Shown in pieces: positions 29,831 to 41,396 of a DNA stretch of 64,000 bases. Numbering within the stretch: position 1 is the first letter of the stretch; each line of letters opens with the position of its first letter. Both the position numbers and the translations under genes were made by a program. The DNA comes from Candidatus Shapirobacteria bacterium (GTDB lineage Bacteria; Patescibacteriota; Microgenomatia; UBA12405). The stretch covers positions 5,055 to 69,054 of the forward strand of contig JALHFY010000002.1 of assembly GCA_022837635.1 (NCBI GenBank), in the 5' to 3' direction. The notes under the pieces were generated by a model. The model did not search any database, was not told the DNA's origin, and saw only the letters and a list, made by a program, of their open reading frames with translations.

Positions 29831-30385
29831 GTGCTACATTACATTACTGTGGAAGATTTAGTTAAAAAATACCAAAAAAGTGTGGCCGGTTTTGTTCGGA
29901 AACGGATTGATGATGAAGGAGTGGTAGAGGAATTAACTCAGGATATTTTATGGGCGGCCGGTCGGGCTTGGCCAAGTTTTTCGGGAAAATCAAGTGAATT
30001 TTCTTTTATTTGTGGTATTGCCAAACATAAAATTGCCGATTATTACCGCAAAAAGAAGTTGAAAACAATCTTGTTTTCAGTGAATCCTAAATTTGAAGAG
30101 ATTGCCGATCAGGCTATAGGGCCGGAACGAGATGCTCTCAAAGAAGAATTGAAGGCGGAGATTAAAAAAACTTTGAGTGAGTTGAGAGCAGATTATGAAA
30201 AAATATTGCGACTTAAATATGTAGACGGCTGGAAGAGTAGTCAAATTGCCAAACTGATGAAATTAAGCTTGAAAGCAGTCGAATCCAGGCTGGTAAGGGC
30301 TAGAAAAAAATTCCAGAGTCTATGGGTATATGACAAGAAAACGAATAAAGAATTTGTTCAAAATCGGAGCTCTAATTGGGATTAG
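29831..30385 (+). CDS. ECF sigma-70 factor
   Basis: EELTQD..., IAKHK.ADYYR, C-terminal HTH AVESRLVRAR. Confidence 0.88.
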   Translation: MLHYITVEDLVKKYQKSVAGFVRKRIDDEGVVEELTQDILWAAGRAWPSFSGKSSEFSFICGIAKHKIADYYRKKKLKTILFSVNPKFEEIADQAIGPERDALKEELKAEIKKTLSELRADYEKILRLKYVDGWKSSQIAKLMKLSLKAVESRLVRARKKFQSLWVYDKKTNKEFVQNRSSNWD

Positions 30386-30671
30386 ACAGGGGTATTTTTT
30401 GGGACGGAATTTATACGAATTATTAAGAGAACCTTATCTGACCTTAAAAGAATTAAAAGAGTCTTGGGACAAGTCGCAGATATTTTTAATCAGCCTGACT
30501 GCCCTATCGCCGCTGATTTGGTATTTAATTTTGAGAATCATTTATGACTTAATCAAACATGGTCGTTTGATTTTGGTAACCGGGCCGGTGTTTGAACTGG
30601 TGGTGGCAATAGAAATTTTGATTTTTTTATACCTGATTTATTGGGTGTTAATGGTGTTGAGAGAAAAATAA
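30330..30671 (+). CDS. Hypothetical membrane protein
   Basis: 113 aa with TMs, overlapping the sigma gene end. Confidence 0.6.
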   Translation: MTRKRIKNLFKIGALIGIRQGYFLGRNLYELLREPYLTLKELKESWDKSQIFLISLTALSPLIWYLILRIIYDLIKHGRLILVTGPVFELVVAIEILIFLYLIYWVLMVLREK

Positions 30672-30895
30672 TGGAAGTACCAAGATATTGGAGGCTGAAA
30701 AAGCAATACTATCAATTGATTGGGGAAAATTGTCCTCATTGTCAGGAAAAAATTTTTCCACCACGGGATATTTGTCCTCGTTGTCAACACAATACCTTTA
30801 TTTTCCCTGAAACGGAGGAGAATAGACAAAAATATTGGGAGGCGAGAGGAATATTAGTACCCCAAAGAGTGGATATAGATAAGACAGTGATTTAA
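30671..30895 (+). CDS. Zinc-ribbon protein (DUF35 N-terminal-like)
   Basis: MEVPRYWR...L.G..CPHC...FPPRDICPRC. Confidence 0.75.
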   Translation: MEVPRYWRLKKQYYQLIGENCPHCQEKIFPPRDICPRCQHNTFIFPETEENRQKYWEARGILVPQRVDIDKTVI

Positions 30896-30905
30896 TCCTG
30901 ATTAG

Positions 30906-30979
30906 TGGAGTCGCGGGCGGGAGTCGAACCCGCCTGAACGGTTTTGCAGACCGCTGTCTAACCGCTTGACTACCGCGAC
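30906..30979 (-). tRNA. tRNA-Cys(GCA)
   Basis: GTCGCGG/CCGCGAC stem, loop CTGCAAA, TTCGACT, U73, encoded CCA. Confidence 0.97.
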
Positions 30980-31046
30980 AGAGAATCGGTTATGCGTGAT
31001 TTTAACCTATTTTTAGACTACTTGCTACTTGGAAATAATTTATTAA

Positions 31047-31349
31047 TTAGGTGACGGAGGGACTAAGTTTAGGAAAGAAACCTGGTTGGATTTCATCTTT
31101 TTTAGCAACTAAATCTAAGATGATGCCACAATTTGAGAAATCATCAGTGGTAATTTTTCTGATTCTGGGCACAGTGAGATTGATTCGAGCATCTTTGCGA
31201 TGAGGTGAAATTACTCCAAAACACCAAGGTTCTAAATCACAGCGGCCACAAATACTAGCCATATCATCACCTTTTTCGTTGGGAGCAACGGAAAAACGAA
31301 GTTGGTCATGATAACGACGAGGTTCGTTAATAAGATGTGCTTCAGGCAT
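31047..31349 (-). CDS. Hypothetical protein
   Basis: 100 aa Cys-containing ORF; TACAAT 6 nt before ATG. Confidence 0.5.
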   Translation of the reverse strand: MPEAHLINEPRRYHDQLRFSVAPNEKGDDMASICGRCDLEPWCFGVISPHRKDARINLTVPRIRKITTDDFSNCGIILDLVAKKDEIQPGFFPKLSPSVT

Positions 31350-31402
31350 AATTTTATTGTAGCATACTTGACAAATATTAAATATTATGGGATAATATTG
31401 AT

Positions 31403-31750
31403 ATGGAAAAAAGAATTCCTCTAAAAATAAAGGCAGTTACTTGTGCAGCTTTAGCTCTAGGGGCTTTGACTGGATGTGATAAGTCTAATAAATATCCAGA
31501 AAAAGGTGATACTGGCACCGCCACAGCTAACTTGAAAGTGGTAATTGACTATAACCAGATTGCTTATGATAAGGATGAATGTGAAATAAATATTAATGAT
31601 AGGGTTAGTTTAGTGGATGAAAGCTATTTGAGAGGCTGGTATGAAACTTTAGGTCAAAAGATTATTTACCAGCTTAAATCTGATAAAGGTTGTACCGGTT
31701 GGGCAAGCTACAATGAAGTCAAAGAGGGTATTGATTGGGACGAAAAATAA
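31403..31750 (+). CDS. Hypothetical lipoprotein
   Basis: Lipobox LTGC; TTGACA upstream. Confidence 0.65.
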   Translation: MEKRIPLKIKAVTCAALALGALTGCDKSNKYPEKGDTGTATANLKVVIDYNQIAYDKDECEININDRVSLVDESYLRGWYETLGQKIIYQLKSDKGCTGWASYNEVKEGIDWDEK

Positions 31751-31753
31751 GAT

Positions 31754-34393
31754 CTAATTTTTTTCTTCAATGGCGGCTTGGGCGGCGGAGAGTCGAGCCA
31801 CGGGTACGCGGTAAGGACTGCAAGAAACATAATCCAGTCCGATTTTATGGCAAAACTTGATAGTAGCCGGATCGCCACCATGTTCACCACAAATACCGAT
31901 ATTAAGCTGAGGATTAACTCCCCTACCTAGCTTGACCGCCATTTCCATTAATTTACCGACACCGACAGTATCCAGAGTTTTGAAAGGATCTTCGGGCAGG
32001 ATTTTTTGGTTCAAATAATCTTTAAGGAATTTACCGGCATCATCACGGGAAAAACCAAAACTCATTTGGGTCAAATCGTTGGTGCCAAAAGAGAAGAAGT
32101 CAGCTTCAGTGGCAATTTGATCGGCAGTTAGAGCCGCTCGGGGAATCTCAATCATGGTACCGATTTGATAATCCATAGTAACAGCATATTTTTTGATAGT
32201 TTCGGTAATGACGGGGACTAATTGATCTTTGAGCCATTTCATTTCATTGACTTCGCCAATCAAGGGAATCATGATTTCAGGAACCACTTTTTCACCTTCT
32301 TTAATCAACTCACAAGCAGCCTCGATGATAGCTCTGACCTGCATTTTGGAAATTTCAGGATAACTAATACCCAGACGACAACCGCGGTGACCCATCATCG
32401 GATTGAGTTCATGAAGAGAGTCAACCTTGGCGGACAATTTTTCATAAGAAATACCCATTTCAGCGGCTAAAGCTTCAATCTCTTTTTTAGTGTGAGGTAA
32501 AAATTCATGCAAAGGTGGATCTAAGAGGCGGATTTTAACCGGGAGACCTTTCATAATTTTGAAAAGCTGTTTAAAGTCATTTTTTTGCATGGGGAAGATT
32601 TTGGCCAGAGCCGCTTCCCGTTGCTCAACAGTATCAGAGATGATCATTTGGCGAACGGCAAAGACTCGGTCGGCTTCGAAAAACATATGTTCAGTGCGAC
32701 ACAGACCGATACCTTCGGCACCAAAATCGCTAGCGGTTTGAGCATCATGAGGAGTATCGGCATTGGTACGGACACCTAATTTTTTGTATTTATCAGCCCA
32801 ACTCATAATGGTAGCAAAATAACCGGAAAGTTCGGGGTTAACTGTAGGCACTTCGCCCAAGAAAACCTCACCGGTACTACCATCGAGGGTGATTAAATCA
32901 CCTTCAGAAACAACGACGTCAGCAACTTTGAATTTCTTTTCCAGAGCAGAAACAGTGATACTTTCAGCCCCGGCAACACAACATTTACCCATACCTCTGG
33001 CGACCACGGCAGCATGAGAGGTCATGCCACCGCGAGCGGTTAAAATACCCTCGGCGGCATTCATGCCGGCAATGTCTTCGGGGGAGGTTTCGGCCCGGAC
33101 CAAAATGACTTTTTTACCGGCTTCTTTCCAATTAACGGCAGTATCGGCGTCAAAAACGGCGTGACCAACACCGGCGCCGGGTGAAGCGGGTAGACCGGTA
33201 GCGATAACCTTAAAATCAGCTTTAGCTTTGGGATCCAGAGTAGGATGTAATAATTGGTCGAGTTTCTCCGGCTCGATACGCAACAGAGCTTCTTTTTCGG
33301 AAATAAGTTTTTCTTTGACTAAATCAACCGCAATTTTAATGGAGGCGGGAGCGGTCCGTTTACCGTTTCTGGTTTGAAGAATAAAAAGAGTCCCGTTTTC
33401 GATAGTAAACTCGACATCCTGCATATCGCGATAGTGTTTTTCCAATTTATCAAAGATAGTTAATAATTCTTTATAGGCCACTTCATTGTCCTCTTTGAGA
33501 GCGTCCAAATGTTTGGGGGTACGGATACCGGCAACCACGTCTTCACCTTGAGCATTCATTAGATATTCACCATAGGGTAAATTTTCTCCGGTAGAGGGAT
33601 TTCTGGTAAAAGCGACACCGGTACCGGAATCAGCGCCCAGATTGCCAAAAACCATAGCTTGAATGTTGACAGCAGTACCAAAAACCTTGGATTCATCGAT
33701 ATGATTTAGTTGGCGATAGGTAATGGCTCGGGCATTGTTCCAAGAGCCAATGACGGCGCCAATAGCACCCCAAAGTTGAGTTTCGGCATCATCAGGGAAG
33801 GGACGATTTTTTTCAATTTCAAAGATTTTTTTATAACCAGCGACCACTGTTTGCCAATCGTCGGCGGTCATATCGGTATCTTCTTTGATGGCTTTTTGAG
33901 ATTTAACTTTATTGATGACATGCTCGAATTTTTCATGATCGATGTTTTCGACGACATTGCTGTACATCTGAACAAAGCGACGGTAGGAGTCCCAGGCAAA
34001 GCGAGGATTGCCCGTAGTTTCGGCAATACTTTTAACAACTTCTTCATTAAGACCGAGGTTTAAGATAGTGTCCATCATCCCCGGCATGGAGGCAGCAGCA
34101 CCGGAGCGGACGGAAACTAAAAGCGGGTTTTTGAGATCACCAAATTTTTTACCGGTGGCAGCTTCTAGTTTTTTTAAGTTAGCGTCAACTTCTTTTTTGA
34201 GAGTGGCGGGATATTTTTGATTATTTTGATAATAAGCACGGCAAACTTCGGTGGAAATAGTAAAACCGGGAGGAACAGGAATACCCAGCTTACTCATTTC
34301 GGCCAAGTTGGCCCCTTTGCCACCTAGTAAAAATTTTTGTGAGGCGTCGCCTTCACTTTGTTTGTTACCAAAGAAATAGACTAATTTTTTCAT
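31754..34393 (-). CDS. ppdK: Pyruvate, phosphate dikinase
   Basis: LGGKGANLAEM, GGMTSHAAVVARG, GLCRTEHMF, GTNDLTQ. Confidence 0.98.
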   Translation of the reverse strand: MKKLVYFFGNKQSEGDASQKFLLGGKGANLAEMSKLGIPVPPGFTISTEVCRAYYQNNQKYPATLKKEVDANLKKLEAATGKKFGDLKNPLLVSVRSGAAASMPGMMDTILNLGLNEEVVKSIAETTGNPRFAWDSYRRFVQMYSNVVENIDHEKFEHVINKVKSQKAIKEDTDMTADDWQTVVAGYKKIFEIEKNRPFPDDAETQLWGAIGAVIGSWNNARAITYRQLNHIDESKVFGTAVNIQAMVFGNLGADSGTGVAFTRNPSTGENLPYGEYLMNAQGEDVVAGIRTPKHLDALKEDNEVAYKELLTIFDKLEKHYRDMQDVEFTIENGTLFILQTRNGKRTAPASIKIAVDLVKEKLISEKEALLRIEPEKLDQLLHPTLDPKAKADFKVIATGLPASPGAGVGHAVFDADTAVNWKEAGKKVILVRAETSPEDIAGMNAAEGILTARGGMTSHAAVVARGMGKCCVAGAESITVSALEKKFKVADVVVSEGDLITLDGSTGEVFLGEVPTVNPELSGYFATIMSWADKYKKLGVRTNADTPHDAQTASDFGAEGIGLCRTEHMFFEADRVFAVRQMIISDTVEQREAALAKIFPMQKNDFKQLFKIMKGLPVKIRLLDPPLHEFLPHTKKEIEALAAEMGISYEKLSAKVDSLHELNPMMGHRGCRLGISYPEISKMQVRAIIEAACELIKEGEKVVPEIMIPLIGEVNEMKWLKDQLVPVITETIKKYAVTMDYQIGTMIEIPRAALTADQIATEADFFSFGTNDLTQMSFGFSRDDAGKFLKDYLNQKILPEDPFKTLDTVGVGKLMEMAVKLGRGVNPQLNIGICGEHGGDPATIKFCHKIGLDYVSCSPYRVPVARLSAAQAAIEEKN

Positions 34394-34440
34394 ACACTAC
34401 TAATGTAACAGACGACGCCTGATTCGACCAGAGTGAATTT

Positions 34441-36105
<1,665 letters not shown>

Positions 36106-36132
36106 TTAGATAAATAGATAATTAGTAAATAG

Positions 36133-36420
36133 TTATTTAATAAGAGCCATGATGTCTTCGAATTTAAGAATGAGGAGATTTTTGTCGCCCTCTTTATATT
36201 CTTTGCCACCCCACTCGCGATAAATAACAGTATCACCGACAGCACAGGGAGCTTTGATTTCGTGACCATCATCAAAGATAGGACCACCAACAGCTAAGAC
36301 TTTACCGGATTGAGGTTTTTCTTCGTGAGATTCAGGTAAAACGATACCGGAAGTAGTAGTGGTTTCGGCCTTGATAGGCTCAACTAAAATGTAACCGGAA
36401 ACGGGTTGAATATGGGACAT
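36133..36420 (-). CDS. groS: Co-chaperonin GroES
   Basis: TTSGIVLP, G.VLAVG, DIMA. Confidence 0.97.
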   Translation of the reverse strand: MSHIQPVSGYILVEPIKAETTTTSGIVLPESHEEKPQSGKVLAVGGPIFDDGHEIKAPCAVGDTVIYREWGGKEYKEGDKNLLILKFEDIMALIK

Positions 36421-36441
36421 AAAATTTTTTTGAACTTATAA

Positions 36442-36468
36442 TTATCAGTCGGACAGGTAGACTGCTAA
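36442..36468 (-). promoter_or_regulatory. CIRCE-like operator just downstream of the groES -10 box
   Basis: Minus strand TATAAT-A-TTAGCAGTC-N9-GACTGATAA versus consensus TTAGCACTC-N9-GAGTGCTAA. Confidence 0.8.
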
Positions 36469-36517
36469 TATTATAGCCAAAAGAGAAAATAGGTCAAGGG
36501 GTTTGAGATAATAAGTT

Positions 36518-37357
36518 GTGAAATTAATTAAAACCAGACTGGGACAAAGCAAGTTTTATTATAGAAGTGATGATAGATTTATTGGTCAAAGGGTGGCGTT
36601 GGGAAAATATGAGCCTTATGAAACGAAGTTGATTTTAAGACAGTTGAAAGCAAATCAAGTGGTGATAGATGTGGGAGCCAATATCGGTTATTACACTATA
36701 TTAATAGCGGATAAGGTGAAAAGGGTTTACGCCCTGGAGCCGGACAAAACTAACTTCGAAATTTTGAAAAAAAATATTTTGGCGAATAATTTAAAAAATG
36801 TGGTGGCGATAAGAGCGGCGGCGGGAAGTAAAAAGAGTCGACTAAATCTGTATAAGTCAAAAGAGAATTTGGGTGACCATAAATTATATAAAATCCCTCT
36901 CGTCCCGCCGGAGCGGGACGTATCTCCCTTTGAAGAAAGGGAGAAGGTAAAGGTAATTAAGTTAGATGAATTAGTGAAAGAACAGGTGGATTTAATTAAA
37001 ATCGATACTCAAGGGTGGGAGCCGGAAGTGGTGGCGGGGGCGAAAAAAATAATTACCAAAGATAAACCAATAATTTTTATGGAATATTCCCCTGCCAGAT
37101 ATAAAATCGCGGGATTGGATGGAAAAAAGATGATGCGATTTTTGCGAAAAATTTACAAAAACATCTGGTGGATTGATGAGTGGTTGTATATTTATAAAAA
37201 TCTGGAACAAAGAAAAATTGATGCCATTTGTGCCACTAATAAAACAGGTTATGTAGACTTGTGGATGAAAAAAGAGGTGGGTTGGAATGATAGAATGGGA
37301 CAGATTAAAGATTTGAGAGTTAAGAAATTAATCAAAAAAATATTGAAATATGAATAA
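36518..37357 (+). CDS. FkbM family methyltransferase
   Basis: IDVGANIGYY, ALEP, KIDTQGWE. Confidence 0.92.
   Translation: MKLIKTRLGQSKFYYRSDDRFIGQRVALGKYEPYETKLILRQLKANQVVIDVGANIGYYTILIADKVKRVYALEPDKTNFEILKKNILANNLKNVVAIRAAAGSKKSRLNLYKSKENLGDHKLYKIPLVPPERDVSPFEEREKVKVIKLDELVKEQVDLIKIDTQGWEPEVVAGAKKIITKDKPIIFMEYSPARYKIAGLDGKKMMRFLRKIYKNIWWIDEWLYIYKNLEQRKIDAICATNKTGYVDLWMKKEVGWNDRMGQIKDLRVKKLIKKILKYE
36894..36944. repeat. In-frame double-hairpin element in the FkbM gene
   Basis: CCCTC, CGTCCCGC-CGGA-GCGGGACG, TCTCCCTTT-GAAG-AAAGGGAGA; GC-rich in an AT-rich gene. Confidence 0.75.
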
Positions 37358-38075
37358 TCTTCAAGACAAAATTGCAGTGGTTACTGGGGCCGGAGATGGA
37401 TTGGGAAAACAAATATCTCTAGATTTGGCTAAGAATGGAGCTAAGGTTATTTTAGTTTCCAAGATAGAAGAAGAAATAATAAAAGGTAAAGAGGAAATTG
37501 AAAATATGGGCGAGGAAGCAGATTATTATATGTGTGATGTCTCAAAGGTTGAGGAAGTAAATGAAGTAGCAAAAAAGATTTTAGATAAATATCAAAAAAT
37601 AGACATTTTAGTGAATAATGCAGGAGTTTATTTTGCAGGTAGCTTTTTTGAAGTAAATAATGATCAAGCTAAAAAAATGATAGAAGTGAATACTTTGGGA
37701 ACGATTTACTGTACCAAGGCTTTTTTACCGAGCATGAAAGAGCGAAATGAAGGTCAAGTTTTGAATGTGGTTTCTGTAGCTGGGATTGAAGCTAATGGAG
37801 AATACACTTTGTATACTACCAGTAAATTTGCTGTCACTGGTTTTACTGAAGCACTGAGACAAGAGTTAATTAATACAAAAATAAAAGTTTCGGCAATTTA
37901 TCCTGAAGGAATTAGGACTAATATTTTTGCTAATTCTGGTGGTCGTGATTATACAAAAGAGGAACCAAACACACTAATGGATCCAAAGGATGTATCTGAA
38001 GTGGCTATGTTGATACTGAAACAACCAGCAGATATTAACCTAAGCAGAATTGATATTAGAAAGAAAATTTTTTAA
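37350..38075 (+). CDS. Short-chain dehydrogenase/reductase
   Basis: TGAGDGLG, NNAG, YTTSK. Confidence 0.92.
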   Translation: MNNLQDKIAVVTGAGDGLGKQISLDLAKNGAKVILVSKIEEEIIKGKEEIENMGEEADYYMCDVSKVEEVNEVAKKILDKYQKIDILVNNAGVYFAGSFFEVNNDQAKKMIEVNTLGTIYCTKAFLPSMKERNEGQVLNVVSVAGIEANGEYTLYTTSKFAVTGFTEALRQELINTKIKVSAIYPEGIRTNIFANSGGRDYTKEEPNTLMDPKDVSEVAMLILKQPADINLSRIDIRKKIF

Positions 38076-38090
38076 CAGGTAAAATTAGTC

Positions 38091-39356
38091 ATGGGGAAAA
38101 TAAAACAGATTGAAGCCAGAGAGATTTTGGCGAGTGGCGGAGCGCCGACAGTGGAAGCCACAGCAATTTTAGAGTCGGGAGTGGTGGGAGAGGCATCGGT
38201 GTCATATGGCGCCAGTGCCGGCAGTAAAGAGGCAGTGGTGTTGTTGGATGCTGATTCCAGACGCTTTAACGGCAAGGGAATGTTGAAGGCTTTGTCCCAT
38301 ATTAAGGAAAAAATCGCACCGACCATAATCGGTATGGAAGGCTTGAAAAATATTGATCAAAAGATGTTGGAACTGGATGGTACCGATAATAAAGAAAATT
38401 TGGGAGGTAATGCGATTTTAGCGGTAAGTATGGCTTATGCCAGAGCTCAAGCGATAGAAAACAAACAAATGCTCTACGAGTATTTACAAAACGAATTTGA
38501 ATTACCGAAAAGTACCAAGTTACCAAAACCGATGGTGGTGATGATTGAGGGTGGTAAACATGCGGACAACAGCACCGATTTGCAGGAATATTTAATCTCA
38601 GCCTTGGGCAATAAAGGGGCGGCGGAAAATGTGCGAATGACAATGGAAATTTATGAGGCCTTAAAAAAGATTTTAGGGAGTGAAGGTAAATCAACTAATG
38701 TTGGTAATGAAGGCGCTTTTGCTCCCAACGGGATTGAAAATAATGAAAAAGCGATGGAATATTTGCTGAGGGCGATTGAGGATGCCGATTACCAACCCGG
38801 AGTAGAGGCGGGCATTTCTTTGGATGCAGCGGCATCGGAATTTTATAATCAGGAAACTCAAAAATACCACTTAAAATTGGAAAACAGGGATTTTAGTCCG
38901 GAAGAATTGATTGAATATTTTGCTCAATGGATAGGCAAATATCCTTTTGTCAGTTGGGAGGATATGTTGTCGGAATACGACTGGGAAAATTGGCCAAAGT
39001 TGGTAGAAAAAGTGGAGGGAAAAATAAAAATTGTGGCTGATGATTTAACAGTCACTAATACGAAGTTGTGGCAAGAAGCGATTGAAAAAAAAGCAGCGAC
39101 AGCAATTTTGATAAAACTGAATCAGGCGGGAACGGTGAGTGAAACAATTGAATGTTGTAAATTGGCAATAGAGAAGGAGTTGTGGACTATCCCCTCTCAT
39201 CGAGGCGGTGGAGAATCAAATGATACTTTTTTGGTAGATTTGGCGGTGGCAGTAGGAAGTGAATATATTAAAGTCGGACCGACTAGAGGAGAAAGAGTGG
39301 CAAAATACAACCGATTGATGAGAATTGAAGAATATTTAAACCCTCAGTCCCGATAA
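38091..39356 (+). CDS. eno: Enolase
   Basis: GASAG..EA, LGGNAIL, GNEGAF, LIKLNQ.G, SHR, ERVAKYN. Confidence 0.96.
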   Translation: MGKIKQIEAREILASGGAPTVEATAILESGVVGEASVSYGASAGSKEAVVLLDADSRRFNGKGMLKALSHIKEKIAPTIIGMEGLKNIDQKMLELDGTDNKENLGGNAILAVSMAYARAQAIENKQMLYEYLQNEFELPKSTKLPKPMVVMIEGGKHADNSTDLQEYLISALGNKGAAENVRMTMEIYEALKKILGSEGKSTNVGNEGAFAPNGIENNEKAMEYLLRAIEDADYQPGVEAGISLDAAASEFYNQETQKYHLKLENRDFSPEELIEYFAQWIGKYPFVSWEDMLSEYDWENWPKLVEKVEGKIKIVADDLTVTNTKLWQEAIEKKAATAILIKLNQAGTVSETIECCKLAIEKELWTIPSHRGGGESNDTFLVDLAVAVGSEYIKVGPTRGERVAKYNRLMRIEEYLNPQSR

Positions 39357-39403
39357 ATCGGGACAGCTCCCTTGAAAAAGGAGCCTCCCTTCATCAAGGG
39401 AGG
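39341..39403. repeat. Triple-hairpin repeat between convergent eno and gpm genes, possible terminator
   Basis: CCCTCA, GTCCCGAT-AA-ATCGGGAC, GCTCC..GGAGC, CCTCCCTT-CATC-AAGGGAGG. Confidence 0.75.
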
Positions 39404-39432
39404 TGCTCCAATATCTATTGGAGCGGTGGGTT

Positions 39433-39999
39433 TTAAATTTTGTATTCGAAATATTGATCGTAGGGGATGGTCCAGGAAACTGTGTCTTCGATGCTGGCAT
39501 TTTCCATGATTTTTCTAAAGAGGCGGATGGAATTGCCGTGAGCGGAAATGGCGATACCCAGATTTTGACCGGTATAATTTTTCTTTAGATCCTCAATAAA
39601 GGATTTAACTCTGATTTCGACATCAGCAAAAGATTCGCCATTGTTGGCTTTGTCGGCCCAACCACGGTGCCATTTGTCAAACTGTTCTTGACCATATTTT
39701 TCGATAGTTTCGGCGTGAGTGTGACCGGCCAAATCACCATAAGAACGTTCAATTATGCGGTCGTCGGTAATAATGTTTTGACATTCGGGATGAAATTTAA
39801 GAACTTCATTGAGAGTATCAACAGCTCGGGAAAGTCGACTGGTGTAAGCGACATCAATTTTTTTATCTTTAAGCATTTGCCCCAAAGCCTTGGCCTGTTC
39901 AACACCCAAGGGAGTTAATTTAGAATCAAGCCAGCCAGTAAAAGTTTTACTGAGATTAAATTCAGATTGTCCGTGACGGAAGAGATAAATGTTTGACAT
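39433..39999 (-). CDS. gpmA: 2,3-BPG-dependent phosphoglycerate mutase
   Basis: RHGQSEFN..FTGW, ERSYG.L, AHGNSIR. Confidence 0.85.
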   Translation of the reverse strand: MSNIYLFRHGQSEFNLSKTFTGWLDSKLTPLGVEQAKALGQMLKDKKIDVAYTSRLSRAVDTLNEVLKFHPECQNIITDDRIIERSYGDLAGHTHAETIEKYGQEQFDKWHRGWADKANNGESFADVEIRVKSFIEDLKKNYTGQNLGIAISAHGNSIRLFRKIMENASIEDTVSWTIPYDQYFEYKI

Positions 40000-40033
40000 A
40001 GAGTAATTATATGCTAGAATTTCTTAAATTTGG

Positions 40034-40239
40034 AACGCGTTGATGGGGACATAATACACCCCCGGAGTATATCGACAAAATCGATAAGGGTTCTCCCTAA
40101 ACAGAGATAGAGTATCACTGCGAAAGCAAGTACTCGATAATAAGGTAGATAATTTTTTATCTACGAAACAAGGTGGTACCGTGAGAAGCCCTCACCCTTG
40201 TAAGACCTTTTTGGTCTTATAAGGGCGAGGGCTTTTTTT
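40034..40239 (+). promoter_or_regulatory. T-box riboswitch (Tyr, specifier UAC at 40055-40057) with intrinsic terminator
   Basis: GCGTTGA..GGGG-ACATAA-TAC-A-CCCC-CGGAG Stem I; antiterminator CAAGG-TGGTACC-GTGAG/CTCAC-CCTTG; terminator 40188-40232 plus T7; promoter TTGACA(39993)..TAGAAT(40015). Confidence 0.9.
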
Positions 40240-40242
40240 GTA

Positions 40243-40314
40243 CCGACGGTGACCGAACAGTTAGGTGACGCTCTGTAAAAGCGTTTTAAGCAAGTGCAAC
40301 TCTTGCCCGTCGGA
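40243..40314 (+). tRNA. tRNA-Tyr(GTA), archaeal/eukaryotic type (C1-G72, A73, short variable loop)
   Basis: CCGACGG/CCGTCGG-A; ACGCT-CTGTAAA-AGCGT; GCAAG-TGCAACT-CTTGC. Confidence 0.88.
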
Positions 40315-40317
40315 CTG

Positions 40318-41388
40318 ATGAAAAATAATATAAACAAATCTCTATTGAAAAAATTGGTAGAGATAAAATCGCTAAGCCAGGAGACGGTCCAGTGTCTAAA
40401 AGCACTGAAACTGATTGAGCTGGAAATAAATAAAGCAAATATTCCGGTATTTATCGATGTAAATGAGGGTGTGCCTTTTTTGATAGCCGGAAATTTACAA
40501 CAGGCTGGGGTTCTATTTTTAAGTCATATTGATGTGGTACCAGCGACCAATGAAGGTTTTAAATTTAAAGAAGTCGGCAATAAATTTTTTGGCAGAGGGG
40601 TTTTAGATATGAAAGGACCGCTGGTGGCGACCTTGGATGCTTTTATAAAATTATGGAAAGCAGGTCATAAAAACATTATTTTTGCGGTTACTAGTGATGA
40701 AGAAGTGGGTGGTTTTAAGGGAGCGGCATTTTTAGCAAAAAATATATTGGGGAAGATTAAAATGGCCCTAATTCCTGATGGTAGTAGTGAAGATGTGGTT
40801 CTAATTCAAAAAGCACCCTTTCATATAAAAATTACCGCTAGAGGAAAATCAGCTCATGCTTCCAGACCTTGGGAAGGCATCAATGCTGCGGAAAATTTAG
40901 GAAAATGTTGTGGCGAAATACTGGCAAAAATTAATGGGAAAAAGCCGGAAGAAACGACAGCAACACTATGTCAATTTCATAGTGGTCAGACAACTAATAT
41001 GCTACCCAACAAAGCTGAAGCGGTGATGGATATCAGAATTAAACAAGAAACTGAAGTGAAAGCGATGGTGAAAAATTTAAATCAGGTAACAAAAAAAATT
41101 GGATGTAAATGGGAAAAGATTGATGAAGCCTTATTTTTTGAGATAAAAAAGGAGCAACCGTTGATTAAAAAATGGCAACAGGCCTTTAGAGCAGTCCATC
41201 AAAAAGAAGCGGGTTTTGTCATTGAAAACGGAGCCTCGGATGCCAGATTTTTATGGCAAGAATTAAAAATACCGATAATTGTCACTTCGGCTAAGGGAGC
41301 TGGAGCACACAGTCATCATGAGTGGGTGGAAATAAATTCTTTGAGTCAATTATCAGAAACAATTGTCAAATTTATTATTAGTTTATAA
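40318..41388 (+). CDS. M20 family metallopeptidase/amidohydrolase
   Basis: SHIDVV, GRG..DMKG, DEEVG, AH..HE; ATG 3 nt after the tRNA. Confidence 0.9.
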   Translation: MKNNINKSLLKKLVEIKSLSQETVQCLKALKLIELEINKANIPVFIDVNEGVPFLIAGNLQQAGVLFLSHIDVVPATNEGFKFKEVGNKFFGRGVLDMKGPLVATLDAFIKLWKAGHKNIIFAVTSDEEVGGFKGAAFLAKNILGKIKMALIPDGSSEDVVLIQKAPFHIKITARGKSAHASRPWEGINAAENLGKCCGEILAKINGKKPEETTATLCQFHSGQTTNMLPNKAEAVMDIRIKQETEVKAMVKNLNQVTKKIGCKWEKIDEALFFEIKKEQPLIKKWQQAFRAVHQKEAGFVIENGASDARFLWQELKIPIIVTSAKGAGAHSHHEWVEINSLSQLSETIVKFIISL

Positions 41389-41396
41389 TTCAAATT

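Noticed and set aside
40294-40317. N-terminal extension of the M20 ORF
   Set aside because: It lies within tRNA-Tyr; ATG 40318 is preferred.
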